A stretch of 64,000 nt of DNA, from assembly GCA_963713755.1 (NCBI GenBank), contig CAVQMW010000007.1:220465-284464 (forward strand). The letters run 5' to 3'. Source of the DNA: an uncultured delta proteobacterium (GTDB lineage Bacteria; Desulfobacterota; Desulfobacteria; Desulfobacterales; CAVQMW01). Every line of letters begins with the position of its first letter. The stretch's first letter is position 1. The position numbers and the translations under genes are program-made. The notes under the pieces were generated by a model. It was not told where the DNA came from. It saw nothing but the letters and a program-made list of their open reading frames with translations, and ran no database searches. Below, piece after piece: positions 8,560 through 18,796 of the stretch.

Positions 8560-10449
8560 ATGGCCTTCCCCATCGACCTTGCGGACTACAGCCCCCTGAA
8601 ACTGGATCTCTCCCAGGATACCCTGGCCCCGGACCAAAAACGGGTCCTGGAAGCCAATGTCCGCCTGGCCCGGGACAGCATCGTTTTTTTTACGGCCCTG
8701 GCCAATGCCAAGGGGCTCGGCGGCCACACCGGCGGCGCCTATGACATTGTTCCCGAAGCGCTCATTGTGGATGGATTCATCAACGGCAGCGATCAGTTCT
8801 ATCCGGTACTGTTCGACGAAGCCGGCCACCGGGTCGCCCTGCAATATCTCATGGCCGCCCTCAAGGGCCATATGCCCGTTGAGCAACTGCTCCACTACCG
8901 GGAATTCGGCCATGGCCTGTACGGCCATCCGGAACGGGATGACGACCGGGGGGTATTCTTCAGCTCCGGGCGCCTGGGCCATCTCTGGTCCTATGTCAAC
9001 GGGATCGCCCTGGCCCACCCCGACAAAACCATCTTCATGTTCGGCAGCGACGGCGCCCAGCAGGAAGGGGGCGACGCCGAAGGGGCGCGCTTTGCCGTGG
9101 CCCAGGGGCTGAATGTCAAGCTGCTCATCGACGACAACGACATCACCATTACCGGCCATCCCAGCCAGTACATGCCCGGTTTCAGCGTGGCCGAAACCCT
9201 GCGCGGCCATGGGCTTCAGGCCAACAGCGGCGACGGCGAGGATCTGGATGCGCTCTACCCGCGGATTCGCGCCGCCATCCTAGCCAAAGGCCCCTTCGCC
9301 CTGGTGAACCGGCGCCCCATGGCCGTAGGCATTTCCGGCCTGGAGGGCTCCCCCAAGGCCCACGATGTGATCAGCGTGGATCTGGCGATCCCCTACCTGA
9401 AAGAAAAGGGGCGCGCCGCGGCAGTTGCCCTGCTGGAGGCCGTGACCAAGGAAAAATCGAGCAGCACCTATCTGGGCAGCACGCCTGAAACAGCCAAAAA
9501 CCGCGACAATTTCGGCAAAATTATCTGCGAGATTCTGGACAACCTGGCGGATCGTCAGCAGCGGGTGGTGGTGATCGACTCCGACCTGGAAGGCTCCTGC
9601 GGCCTGCACCACATCCGCAAAAAGCATCCCGAAGTGTACATCACCGGGGGTATCATGGAGCGCAACAACTTCTCCGCCGCCGCCGGGTTCGGGGCCGCAG
9701 AGGGCAAACAGGGCATCTTCGGCACCTTTTCGGCCTTTCTGGAGATGGTGGTTTCGGAAATCACCATGGCCCGCCTGAACCGCGCCAATGTGCTGGCCCA
9801 CTTCTCCCACGCCGGCGTGGACGATATGGCCGACAACACCTGCCACTTTGGGATCAACAACTTTTTCGCCGACAACGGCCTGGCCCAAGGCGACCTCACC
9901 CGGCTTTACTTTCCCGCGGACAGCTATCAGCTGGCGGCCCTGATTCAGCGCGTGTTTCACGATCCGGGCCTGCGCTTTGTCTTCTCCACCCGCTCGGCAA
10001 CCCCCTACATTCTGAAGGCCGACGGCAGCCCCTATTTCGACGCCGATTACCAGTTCACCCCCGGCCAGGATGAGGTCATCCGCGAGGGGGGCCAGGGCTG
10101 GGTCGTTTCCTACGGGGAGATGCTCTACCGCGGCCTGGATGCCGTGGAGCGGCTGCGCCAGGAGGGACTGGATGTGGGCTTGATCAATAAACCCACCCTC
10201 AATGTAGTGGATGAGGCGATGACCGCCCGGATGGGCGCCGGCGAGTTTGTGCTGGTGGCCGAGACCCAGAACCAAAAAACCGGCCTGGGCAGCCGCCTGG
10301 GCACCTGGCTGTTGGAACGGGGCCACAGCCCCCGCTACGCGGCCCTGGGCAGCACCCGGGAAGGCCAGGGCGGACTGGGAGAACAGATCGGCCACCAGGG
10401 GCTGGCGCCGGCCGATATTCAGAAAAAAGTCCGGGAGCTGGCCGGTTAA
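8560..10449 (+). CDS. Transketolase-family thiamine-diphosphate enzyme (divergent single-chain form)
   Basis: About 630 aa. GGHTGGAYD is the TPP-domain opening, GSDGAQQEGG resembles the GDG..EG Mg/TPP motif, and Pyr and C-terminal domains follow. I prefer the ATG at 8560 (GGAG 7 nt upstream) over the TTG at 8548. Confidence 0.75.
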   Translation: MAFPIDLADYSPLKLDLSQDTLAPDQKRVLEANVRLARDSIVFFTALANAKGLGGHTGGAYDIVPEALIVDGFINGSDQFYPVLFDEAGHRVALQYLMAALKGHMPVEQLLHYREFGHGLYGHPERDDDRGVFFSSGRLGHLWSYVNGIALAHPDKTIFMFGSDGAQQEGGDAEGARFAVAQGLNVKLLIDDNDITITGHPSQYMPGFSVAETLRGHGLQANSGDGEDLDALYPRIRAAILAKGPFALVNRRPMAVGISGLEGSPKAHDVISVDLAIPYLKEKGRAAAVALLEAVTKEKSSSTYLGSTPETAKNRDNFGKIICEILDNLADRQQRVVVIDSDLEGSCGLHHIRKKHPEVYITGGIMERNNFSAAAGFGAAEGKQGIFGTFSAFLEMVVSEITMARLNRANVLAHFSHAGVDDMADNTCHFGINNFFADNGLAQGDLTRLYFPADSYQLAALIQRVFHDPGLRFVFSTRSATPYILKADGSPYFDADYQFTPGQDEVIREGGQGWVVSYGEMLYRGLDAVERLRQEGLDVGLINKPTLNVVDEAMTARMGAGEFVLVAETQNQKTGLGSRLGTWLLERGHSPRYAALGSTREGQGGLGEQIGHQGLAPADIQKKVRELAG

Positions 10450-10487
10450 AAGTGCGGACTTAATCTGGGTGCAAAGAAGAATCCGGG

Positions 10488-10787
10488 GTGCTGCGGGGAA
10501 TCATCTGCGCGGTGGCGGTGCTGGGATGCCTGATTCTGGGGCCGCTGCTCTGGCTGCGCAGCGGCATGGGCGGGCTGGCCGGAGCGCTGGTATGGGTATG
10601 GGCCGTAATAATGATCTATCTGGTGGGCCTCATCATCCTGCGGGTCAAACGGGGTCTGGGGTCCGAGGAGGTGCGTTTTCATACCCAAATGGCCCAATTT
10701 CTGGCCCAGGCCGAGGACCCGGAAACCGCCCACACCGAGGCGCGGGGTGAGCGCCCCGCAATGGAAGATAAGCCCGCCCCGCGGTGA
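10488..10787 (+). CDS. Small membrane protein (2 predicted TM helices)
   Basis: 99-aa ORF with a GTG start and two hydrophobic stretches followed by an acidic tail. No family recognised. Confidence 0.45.
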   Translation: MLRGIICAVAVLGCLILGPLLWLRSGMGGLAGALVWVWAVIMIYLVGLIILRVKRGLGSEEVRFHTQMAQFLAQAEDPETAHTEARGERPAMEDKPAPR

Positions 10788-10831
10788 GGTGGGCCAAGGA
10801 TACATTCTCCGGTGATAAAATGTTTGCCCGT

Positions 10832-10917
10832 GTCATTCTGGCGAACGCCAGACACAAAGAGAAGCTTTCGAGCGATCCAGCATTCTGACTGGATGCCGGG
10901 TCAAGCCCGGCATGACG
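10832..10917. repeat. MITE-like inverted-repeat element (family B, copy 1)
   Basis: Ends GTCATTCTGGCGAACGCCAGA ... CTGGATGCCGGGTCAAGCCCGGCATGAC. The ends are imperfect inverted repeats, and each end is itself a hairpin. Confidence 0.8.
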
Positions 10918-10960
10918 TTGTGGCATATTTCATTGTCGGGTTAACAAGTACATACCCTCC

Positions 10961-11099
10961 GTCATTCTGGCGAAGGCCGGAATCCAGGCAATTAAACTGG
11001 ATGCCCCCGGCTTACTGCCTGACGGGGCAGGCTTATCAGAGCCCGCCCTCAACTCGATTGGGGGCGTGTCCTCAACTCGATTGGGGATCCGGCATGACG
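10961..11099. repeat. MITE-like inverted-repeat element (family B, copy 2, with an internal duplication)
   Basis: GTCATTCTGGCGAAGGCCGGAATCCAG ... GGGGATCCGGCATGAC. It contains two tandem CCTCAACTCGATTGGGG units. Confidence 0.8.
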
Positions 11100-11224
11100 G
11101 AAGTTGCATATTTTATTGCCAGATTGATAAAAGATCCGATGCCAGTGACCATGGTTTGAATCAGCGCCGCTCCCTTACCCCGGGGGCGCCCTCAACCGGG
11201 CGCCGGCCCCATACATGAACCCCC

Positions 11225-11404
11225 ATGTCCATTCGCCTCATCGTCCAGGAGCTGTACCGTCTGCACCGCGTGGTGGCCGCGCTGGAAGCGCAGCTGACCA
11301 CGGCCCCCCTTCCCGAAAAAGAGCGCCTGGTAACCGAACTGCGCAGGGCCCGATCCGATTACCGGCGGGTGCAGCAGGCTTTCGAGGGCCACAAACAGGG
11401 GTGA
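11225..11404 (+). CDS. Possible small coiled-coil protein (59 aa, below the ORF-track cutoff)
   Basis: My translation is MSIRLIVQELYRLHRVVAALEAQLTTAPLPEKERLVTELRRARSDYRRVQQAFEGHKQG*. Third codon positions are GC-rich like the neighbouring genes. No homology support. Confidence 0.3.
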   Translation: MSIRLIVQELYRLHRVVAALEAQLTTAPLPEKERLVTELRRARSDYRRVQQAFEGHKQG

Positions 11405-11437
11405 TCCATCCGGGAACGGCGCGGTTCAACACCGAGC

Positions 11438-11905
11438 CTACTTCTCGAAATAGAGTCCCTCAAACTTCTTAAGGAGATTCCGCAGCGTCTCCACTTGAGC
11501 CGGATCGATGGTCTGTTTGCACTTCATGGTCGCCACCAGCATCTGGTGCAGCACCGCCACCTTTTCGTTGTACTGGGCCTGATCGGGCTTGATGCGCTGG
11601 GTCAAAAAGTACTGGCTGACAATATTCTGAACCTCGTTGGCGTGATGCTCTTTATTGGTCACCCAGCGGATCAGCTGATTGTAGTTAACGGGCGTTTCGG
11701 CCTGGAGCGCCTTGATCTGGGCCATGGATTTCTCGATGGTGCCGGCGTGTTCGGTAATCAGGCTGACCCGCAGGGCATCGTCATAAATTCCGCAGGGTAT
11801 CTCACAATGGGCCAGGGCCGATTCGCCCAGGGGCAGCGCCACGACGCCCAACATAAAAACCAACCCCCATGCCCAACCATGCACTGCCTTAAGTGATTTT
11901 ACCAT
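11438..11905 (-). CDS. sodN: Nickel superoxide dismutase precursor
   Basis: 155 aa. HCEIPCGIYDD matches the Ni-hook HCxxPCGxY. It is preceded by a 32-aa leader ending ALA. Confidence 0.88.
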   Translation of the reverse strand: MVKSLKAVHGWAWGLVFMLGVVALPLGESALAHCEIPCGIYDDALRVSLITEHAGTIEKSMAQIKALQAETPVNYNQLIRWVTNKEHHANEVQNIVSQYFLTQRIKPDQAQYNEKVAVLHQMLVATMKCKQTIDPAQVETLRNLLKKFEGLYFEK

Positions 11906-12158
11906 AATGGCCTCCCTTCAAATTGAGTAATTTAGAGTTACGAATTTGATTTCATGGATATAGTAAGCCCTTGTCGCGGAACAGGCAAATTGTATTTTAC
12001 CACCGGGAATAACTCCATTGCGCTGGGCCGTTGCTGATGGGCAAAGGTTGAGAAATAAAGGCCTTAATGCTAATTAGAGCCAAAGCGTCAACGCTTATCA
12101 GGATCGGCCCAATCGCCGGACTTTGACTGCCCTCACCTTCAACATAGAGCTCAATACC

Positions 12159-13534
12159 ATGCCCCTAACCCGTATCCACAAGATTGTATGTCAGGGGTTC
12201 CTGATTCTCGGTTTGACTGCCCTATGCTTTTCCGAGTCCGGCGCTTTGGCCCGGATCATCTTCTGGACCACGGAGGTGGAGACGGAAAGACTAGAAATTC
12301 AAGAAGAACTCGCCTATGATTTTACCACCCATACCGGGATCCAGGTCAAGGTGATCCCAGTTTCCGAAGACCATCTCGCCACACATTGGGGTGCCGCTGG
12401 ATCGGCCGAACCGGCCCCCGATCTAATCTATCATCCCGCCTATCTGACCGCGGGGTGGGCGGACCAAGGCCTGCTGGATGTTGACTCGGCACATAAAGTG
12501 ATCCAATGCCTGGCCAGGATACCTTCAGCACCGGCGCCCTGAAGCTGGTTCAACAGGAGGGCGGCTACGGAGCGGTCCCCATAGACGGTTGGCGCCAGCT
12601 TTTGTTGTACCGCAAGGATCTCTTTGAGCAACAGGGCTTGCCGGCCCCGGACAATTGGCGGCGAATCCTGCAGGCCGCCCAAGCCCTCCACAATCCGCCG
12701 AAAATCTGGGGGTTCATTGCCGCCACGGAACCGGATAAGATCTATACCGAACAGGTCTTTGAGCATTTCGCGCTCTCCGGCGGGGTCCGGCTGAGGGATT
12801 CAGCGGGAAACATTAGCTTGAACACCCTGGAGATGATCGAAACCCTTAAATTTTATAACACCCTGGCGAAAAAGACACCGCGAGGCAATCTCGGGTTCAT
12901 TGATAGCCGGCACGAATATGTCACCGGACGAGCGGCGATGATCGAGTGGTCACCGTTTATTCTGGATGAAATTTCAGGGCTTCGCCAGGATTTGCCCGTG
13001 GTTCCGGATATTCGGCAAGGCAGGCTGGGTTACCTTGCCCAGAACACCGGGTTCCTGTCGACAATAATTGGCCCAGGGGGTCCCGCGCAGTACTATTCCA
13101 TCAACTGCCTGGGGATTGCCCGGGACGGGAACAAAGCTGACGCTCAGCAGTGGATCGAGTTTCTGCTGTCGGACGGCTACTTGAAATGGCTGAACATGGC
13201 GCCCTGGGGCAAATTGCCCATGCGCAAAGGGACGCCGGAGGATAATACCCGCTATGTCAAGGGATGGATCAATCTTGACCATGGCCCCCGCGAGACTGCG
13301 CAAATCATCGCCTCCTTTGATCAAGAAGAAGTGATGACCCTCGTGGAACACGCTTTTGAAGATTTTGACCGTTGGAGGGTCTTTGAGAACAATGACGCCC
13401 TGATCTCAAAAATCTAGGAAACCAAGGTCATTCCGCAAACCCTCAGGCGCCTGATCGACGGCGACATCAGCGCCGAAGAGGCCGCACGGATCATGAACGC
13501 CCAGGTTAACGCCCTGAATCACGCCAAGCCATGA
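12159..13534 (+). pseudogene. Family-1 ABC/sensor-associated solute-binding protein, disrupted (frameshift near 12513, in-frame TAG at 13415-13417)
   Basis: Two ORFs (12123-12542 and 12506-13417) join to a sensible sequence if 1 nt is restored at ..TGCCTGG^CCAGG... After the TAG the same frame continues for 38 codons (ETKVIPQTLRRLIDGDISAEEAARIMNAQVNALNHAKP). It ends in a TGA that overlaps the next gene's ATG as ATGA. Confidence 0.75.
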
Positions 13535-14588
13535 GAAAATCAATTTTGGTTGCACTCTTGCTGATTGTTGCGATCCTATGTATCGGCTTGTCCGTCTTCC
13601 TTATCCCCAGCAGCGAAGATGCCCCCATCCGGGATATCCGTGTTCAGCACACACGGGCAGGCGGCACATTGATCTGGTATACCTCCCTCCCCCAAATCCA
13701 TGCCGAAAGAATTGCCAACGCGTTCAGGATCGAAACCGATATTGAGGTCGAAATCGTCCGGGGGGCGACCTTTGTTATCCGAGAGCGGATCTTTAATGAA
13801 ATCCAACGCAATGCAGCCGGGCGGACGTTCTGACCCTTGCCGACATCGGCACCATCCTGGAATTGAAGAGCCAGGGGCGGTTACTCGCCCGTTTTTCCCC
13901 TCATTTTCAGAACTTTCCTGACGTCTATAAAGATGACGGCCATTGGGCCGCCTTTGCCGGATTTGGCATTTGCATGGCCTATGACGCGAGCCGAACGCAA
14001 TCGCCGCCCCAGGAGTGGACCGACATTTTGGACCCCAGATGGAGAGGGCGCATCGGACTTGAGGATATCAATGCCGGCGGGTCCCAGTATGGCCAGTACT
14101 ACCTGTTGCGGGAAACCCTGGGCCTTGAATTTTGGCAAACCCTGCTTTCCCTTCAAGAACCGAAAATATATTCCAGCACCGAAGCCCTGGCCGACGCGCT
14201 CCTGGAAGGAGAGATCGATGTCGCCGGCCAGTTCAGCATCCACACGGTTTATGACTACAAAATCAAGAAAAAAACCCCCATCGAAGGCATCTATCCGACC
14301 CAGGGAATTCCCTTTATCACTGACCCACTGGCCATTCTAAAACAATCGAGAAATGTGAAAGCCGCCGGGGAATTCTTTGACTTTCTGCTTTCAAGAGGGA
14401 CTCAAACTCTCATGCAGCGGATCAACTATAAGTACTCCCTGCGCCGCGATGTCCCGCCATTGGCGGGAATCCCCGCACTGGCCCGACTGAATATTCTACA
14501 CCCCGCCAATGGGATTGACTATGCTGCCAAGCGGCGCGCCTATTCAGAGGAATTTAATCGGCTGTTTCAGAAAAGCGAGTTAAAATGA
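13531..14588 (+). pseudogene. Fe3+/thiamine-type periplasmic solute-binding protein, disrupted by a frameshift near 13820
   Basis: ORFs 13531-13833 and 13863-14588. The frame-0 extension reads ADVLTLADIGTILELKSQG immediately after ..NAAGR of the first ORF, so 1 nt is missing in GGGCGG. A signal peptide is present. Confidence 0.75.
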
Positions 14589-16766
14589 GACCTGGCGGCA
14601 TTCATAGTAAAACCATTCTATTCATCGTCATCGCCACGGCCGTGTGCGTCAGCGGATCGGTGCTCCTGATGGCTCGAATTGCTGCAAGGCAAGCCACACT
14701 GAAGCATGAGGCGGATAAAGAAACCACCATGGAGGTGTTAACCTATGCCCTGGCCCCCATGCTCAGCCTATACGATTTTCGCCAGGCCGAAAATCTGCTG
14801 AAGACATCCCTCAAGTTAAAAATCATATCTTCGGCCGCTGTCTACAGCCACAGCGGGAAACTCATCACGTCAGTGGCCGAACACGATGCCATAGAAGCAG
14901 AACTGGAGAGGCAGACCCGCAAGATCACCACCGATCTGGAAGGCATCATCGGGAAGTTGGAGGTCGGTTTCTCAAAGGCGTATATCACCGCCAACACCCG
15001 CAGCGCGATCCGGTCCCTGACCTTGGCCCTTGTGGGCGGCTTTATCCTTCTGGGACTCGCGCTTTACGCCCTTATACGAAAGCATATCGTCAAACCCCTG
15101 GAGGGTCTCACCCAAACCGTAAACGCGTTGACGCCCGACAACCTTTCCCCTCGGGCAGACATCATCCGAAACGATGAAATCGGCATGCTGGCAAACAGTT
15201 TCAATCAGATGGCGGAAAACCTGAAAATATCCCACCTCGGGCTGCAGGAGAGCGAGAGCAAATACCGCTCCATGATGGAAGCGATGCATGATCCCGTCTA
15301 CATCTGCTCAGCAGACTATCGCATTGAATACATGAATCCGGCCATGATCCGTCTCCTGGGGCGTGAAGCCGTGGGTGAACCTTGTTTCCGTGCTGCGTTC
15401 AACCGTGAGGCGAAATGTCCCTGGTGCCGCCACGATGCGGTGCGACAGGGAGAAAGCATGGCTTTCGATATCGTGAATCCTGAGGACGATCAATCCTATC
15501 ACGCGTCCAATGCGCCGATATTCCACAGTGATGGCGGCTTTTCCGTGCTGGCGGTGTTACGGGATACGACCCAGATCAGAACCCTTGAATCGCAGTTGAT
15601 GCAGGCCCAGAAGATGGAATCCATCGGCACCCTGGCCGGGGGCATTGCCCATGATTTCAACAATATTCTCTCCATCATCATTAGGCTACGCGGACATCGC
15701 CCTCCTGGATCTGCCCCGAGATTCGGGGCCGGAGCGCAACCTGAGGAATGTACTCAATGCCGCCCAACGGGCCAAAGATCTGGTGAAACAAATTCTGACC
15801 TTCAGCCGGATGTCGGAAGAGGAGAAAAAGCCGGTCCAGATCTAGGAGATCGTCAAGGAAGCCCTGAAATTCCTGCGGGCATCCCTGCCCAGCACCATCG
15901 AGATTCGTCAAGAGATAGAGACTCAGAATGATACCGTCCTGGCGGACTTTACCAAGATGCATCAAATCCTGCTGAACCTGTGTACCAATGCCAGCCATGC
16001 GATGATGAATAAGGGCGGCGTGCTGGCGGTCCGGCTGGAGAATATCGAATTGGGAGAGGATTTTACTGCCAACACTCCGGAATTGGAGCCGGGGTCTTAT
16101 CTGAAATTGAGTGTCAGCGACACGGGCCACGGGATGTCACCCACGGTTCTCAAGCGGATATTCGAACCCTATTTCACCACTAAAGCGAAAGGTTCGGGGA
16201 CCGGCCTGGGCATGGCCGTGGGGCATGGCATCGTAAAGGGCCATCAGGGGATAATTACGGCCCACAGCGAACCGGGAAAAGGCTCCCGGTTTGATGTCTA
16301 CCTGCCGGTGATCCAAGAAGCGGCACTATCGAAAAAAGCAGCCGCCGGCCCCAATCCCAGGGGCACCGAACGCATTCTGCTCATCGATGACGAAGATGAC
16401 CTGGTGAAACTGGGAAAACAAATGCTCGAAAAATTGGGATACACGGAGGTCACGCGGACCAGCAGCATTGAAGCCCTGGCGCTGTTTCGTCAAAAGCCGG
16501 ATCAATTCGATCTGGTGATCACCGACACCACCATGCCCAATATGACCGGGAACAAGCTGGCCGAAGCGTTGATCAAGATAAACCCGAAGATCGCGATCAT
16601 TATGTGCACCGGCTACAGCGAGGAACTCGTCAAGGATAAAGCCTTGAAAATGGGCGTTCGGGCCTTTGTGATGAAACCCGTTGCCCTACACGACCTCGCC
16701 ACCATCGTGCGCGGCGTATTGGATGAACCCGCCGGCAGCCCCCAGGCGCCGGGGACCCGTTCATAG
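14585..16766 (+). pseudogene. Hybrid sensor histidine kinase (TM-periplasmic-TM-HAMP-PAS-HisKA-HATPase-REC), disrupted (frameshift near 15683, in-frame TAG at 15843-15845)
   Basis: The H-box [13 protein letters not shown] continues as GYADIALL only after a frame change (an extra A in ATTAGGC). [17 protein letters not shown] is in frame with the HATPase region (NLCTNASHAM, DTGHGM, GTGLGMAV) and the REC domain (LLIDDEDD..DLVITD). Its ATG overlaps the upstream stop as ATGA. Confidence 0.8.
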
Positions 16767-16915
16767 CCCCGCCGTTCGACCCCTTCACTACCTCTGTGTT
16801 GCTGCCCTTCCTCCATGCTGGCCTTGCCGTGGGATGTAATCCACCGTCATCGAATTTAATTCTTGTTTTTTATATTTTTTCAGAATATACGACTTATTAA
16901 AAGGATATAATCAGA

Positions 16916-17380
16916 ATGTTAGACGATATTGACCATAAAATACTGAAAATAGTGCAGGCCAAGGCCCGCATCCCCAATGTGGATGTGGCCCGGGAAGTGG
17001 GCATGGCCCCTTCGGCCGTGCGAGAGCGAATTTTGAAGCTGGAAAAACAGGGCTATATCGACGGCTACGAAGTGCGGCTCAATCCGGAGCGATTCGGCAA
17101 GAGCCTGGTGGCCTTTGTTACGGTCACTCCCGTCAGCTCCCATCTCGCCGGCCCCGTGGCACGCCGCTTGGAGCAGATTCCCGAGATTCAGGAGATTCAT
17201 TTTATCAGCGGGGAAGATGCCCTTCTGGTCAAGGTGCGGGTGGCCCACCCCCAGGAGTTGGATCAATTGCTGCGCAAGCAAATCAGCCCCCTGGAGGGAG
17301 TCCGCGCCACCCACACGCGAATCGCCCTGAATACATTCAAGGAAACCGCGCGCATCCCCATTGCGCAAACCGGGAAATAG
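16916..17380 (+). CDS. Lrp/AsnC-family transcriptional regulator
   Basis: 154 aa. LDDIDHKILKIVQAKARIPNVDVAREVGMAPSAVRERILKLEKQGYI followed by a RAM domain. RBS AAGGA is present. Confidence 0.9.
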   Translation: MLDDIDHKILKIVQAKARIPNVDVAREVGMAPSAVRERILKLEKQGYIDGYEVRLNPERFGKSLVAFVTVTPVSSHLAGPVARRLEQIPEIQEIHFISGEDALLVKVRVAHPQELDQLLRKQISPLEGVRATHTRIALNTFKETARIPIAQTGK

Positions 17381-17428
17381 CTTAATTATTGAACTGTGGA
17401 AAATTTTTTTGTTTAGGGAGATTCGCCC

Positions 17429-18709
17429 ATGCCCATGTCAGCAGAATTTGAAAATCGACTCTATCCGCTGCTCCCCGCCATTGTGGACCACTTCGGCACC
17501 CCCTTTCACATCTATGACGAGACCGGCATCCGAGCCACCGGCGAGGCGCTGAAAACGAGCTTTGCCCAATTACCCGAGTTTCGGGAGTACTTTGCAGTCA
17601 AAGCCCTGCCCAATCCCCGTATTTTGCGTATCATGGGAGAGATGGGCTTCGGGTTCGACTGCTCGTCGGTTCCCGAACTGGTACTGAGCCGGCAGGTGGG
17701 CGGCCGAAATGAAGATCTCATGTTCACCTCCAACAACACCACCCCGGAGGAGTTCGCCGCGGCCGCGGCCGAGGGCGGATCGATCATTAATCTGGATGAC
17801 ATCACCTTGCTGGCCAAATTGCCCCGGATACCGGAGCTGATCTGTTTCCGCTACAACCCCGGAACGGAACGGGGCGGTAACGCCATCATCGGCAAACCTG
17901 AAGAGGCCAAATACGGGCTGACCCGCGTCCAGCTCAGGGACGCCTACCGCCAGGCCCAGGCACAGGGCGTTAAGCGTTTCGGCCTGCACACCATGCTGGC
18001 CTCCAACGAACTGGATTACAGCTACATGGTGCAAACCGCCGAAATGCTGCTGGAGATCGTCAAAGAGATCGCCGAAGCCCTGGATATTGCCATTGAATTT
18101 GTCAACATCGGCGGCGGGCTGGGCATCAATTACCGGCCCGAAGAGGCTCCGCTGGACTTGGCAGCCATGGCCCGGGAGATTACCGCGCGCTTAAAAGCCT
18201 TCGAGGTCCGGTTCGGTCGCGTGCCCAAGCTCTACATGGAAAGCGGCCGCTACATGACCGGACCCCACGGGGCGCTGGTCACCCGGGCCATCAACCGCAA
18301 GGAGATCTATCGCACCTATGTGGGGCTGGACGCCAACATGTCGGCCCTCATGCGGCCGGCCATGTACGGTGCCTATCATCATATCACCGTTCCGGCCAAA
18401 CGCGCCGTCAGCGAGCGGGAGGTGGTGGATGTGGTGGGCGCGCTGTGCGAGAACAACGACAAGTTTGCCATTCAGCGAGAATTGCCTCCCATCAGCGACG
18501 GCGATATTGTCTGTATCCACGACACCGGCGCTCATGGCCACAGCATGGGGTTCAACTACAACGGCCGGCTGCGCCCCCAGGAGTTGCTGCTGTGCGTAGA
18601 CGGAAGCGTGGAACGGATCCGACGGGCGGAGACCATCGAGGATTACGTGGCCACCTTGACCTTCGTACCGAAGAAACTCTCCGCGGATCATCTTTCACTG
18701 AAGAACTGA
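17429..18709 (+). CDS. PLP-dependent Orn/DAP/Arg decarboxylase family 2 (diaminopimelate decarboxylase-like)
   Basis: 426 aa. FGTPFHIYDE, FAVKALPNP (PLP lysine), GFGFDCSS, GGGLGI and CENNDKF. Confidence 0.82.
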   Translation: MPMSAEFENRLYPLLPAIVDHFGTPFHIYDETGIRATGEALKTSFAQLPEFREYFAVKALPNPRILRIMGEMGFGFDCSSVPELVLSRQVGGRNEDLMFTSNNTTPEEFAAAAAEGGSIINLDDITLLAKLPRIPELICFRYNPGTERGGNAIIGKPEEAKYGLTRVQLRDAYRQAQAQGVKRFGLHTMLASNELDYSYMVQTAEMLLEIVKEIAEALDIAIEFVNIGGGLGINYRPEEAPLDLAAMAREITARLKAFEVRFGRVPKLYMESGRYMTGPHGALVTRAINRKEIYRTYVGLDANMSALMRPAMYGAYHHITVPAKRAVSEREVVDVVGALCENNDKFAIQRELPPISDGDIVCIHDTGAHGHSMGFNYNGRLRPQELLLCVDGSVERIRRAETIEDYVATLTFVPKKLSADHLSLKN

Positions 18710-18796
18710 GTTCCTTTCTGGAATGCCCCTGGGGACCCCCCTTACCGGTCGGCCTTGGTTTTGGGAAAACCACCGTCTTTAGAGAGGTTGCAGTGC

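Noticed and set aside
9280-10395. Long antisense or alternative-frame ORFs. Examples: 1520-2245, 2459-3085, 4167-4850, 5177-5728, 5706-6242, 6506-7195, 7770-8354, 8545-9210, 9280-10395, 28180-29076, 31266-32108, 33015-34085, 36462-37577, 39779-40384, 42292-42972, 43904-44713, 44906-45670, 48104-48937, 49749-50549, 50593-51642, 52149-52928, 53085-53912, 57338-57946, 57953-58537 and 60237-60998.
   Set aside because: Each overlaps a gene with clear family signatures on the other strand or in another frame. Their translations are Gly/Arg/Pro/His-rich with no recognisable motifs. This is the expected by-product of high GC content.
13415-15845. The two in-frame TAG codons (13415-13417 and 15843-15845) as pyrrolysine or other recoding. 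The idea was prompted by the MttB-family gene in the window.
   Set aside because: TAG serves as the ordinary stop of several intact genes here (feoA, rubrerythrin, yfcE-like, GNAT). The MttB homolog itself has no internal TAG. The same three genes also carry three frameshifts. No pylSBCD or tRNA-Pyl is visible. Decay or sequence error is the simpler explanation.
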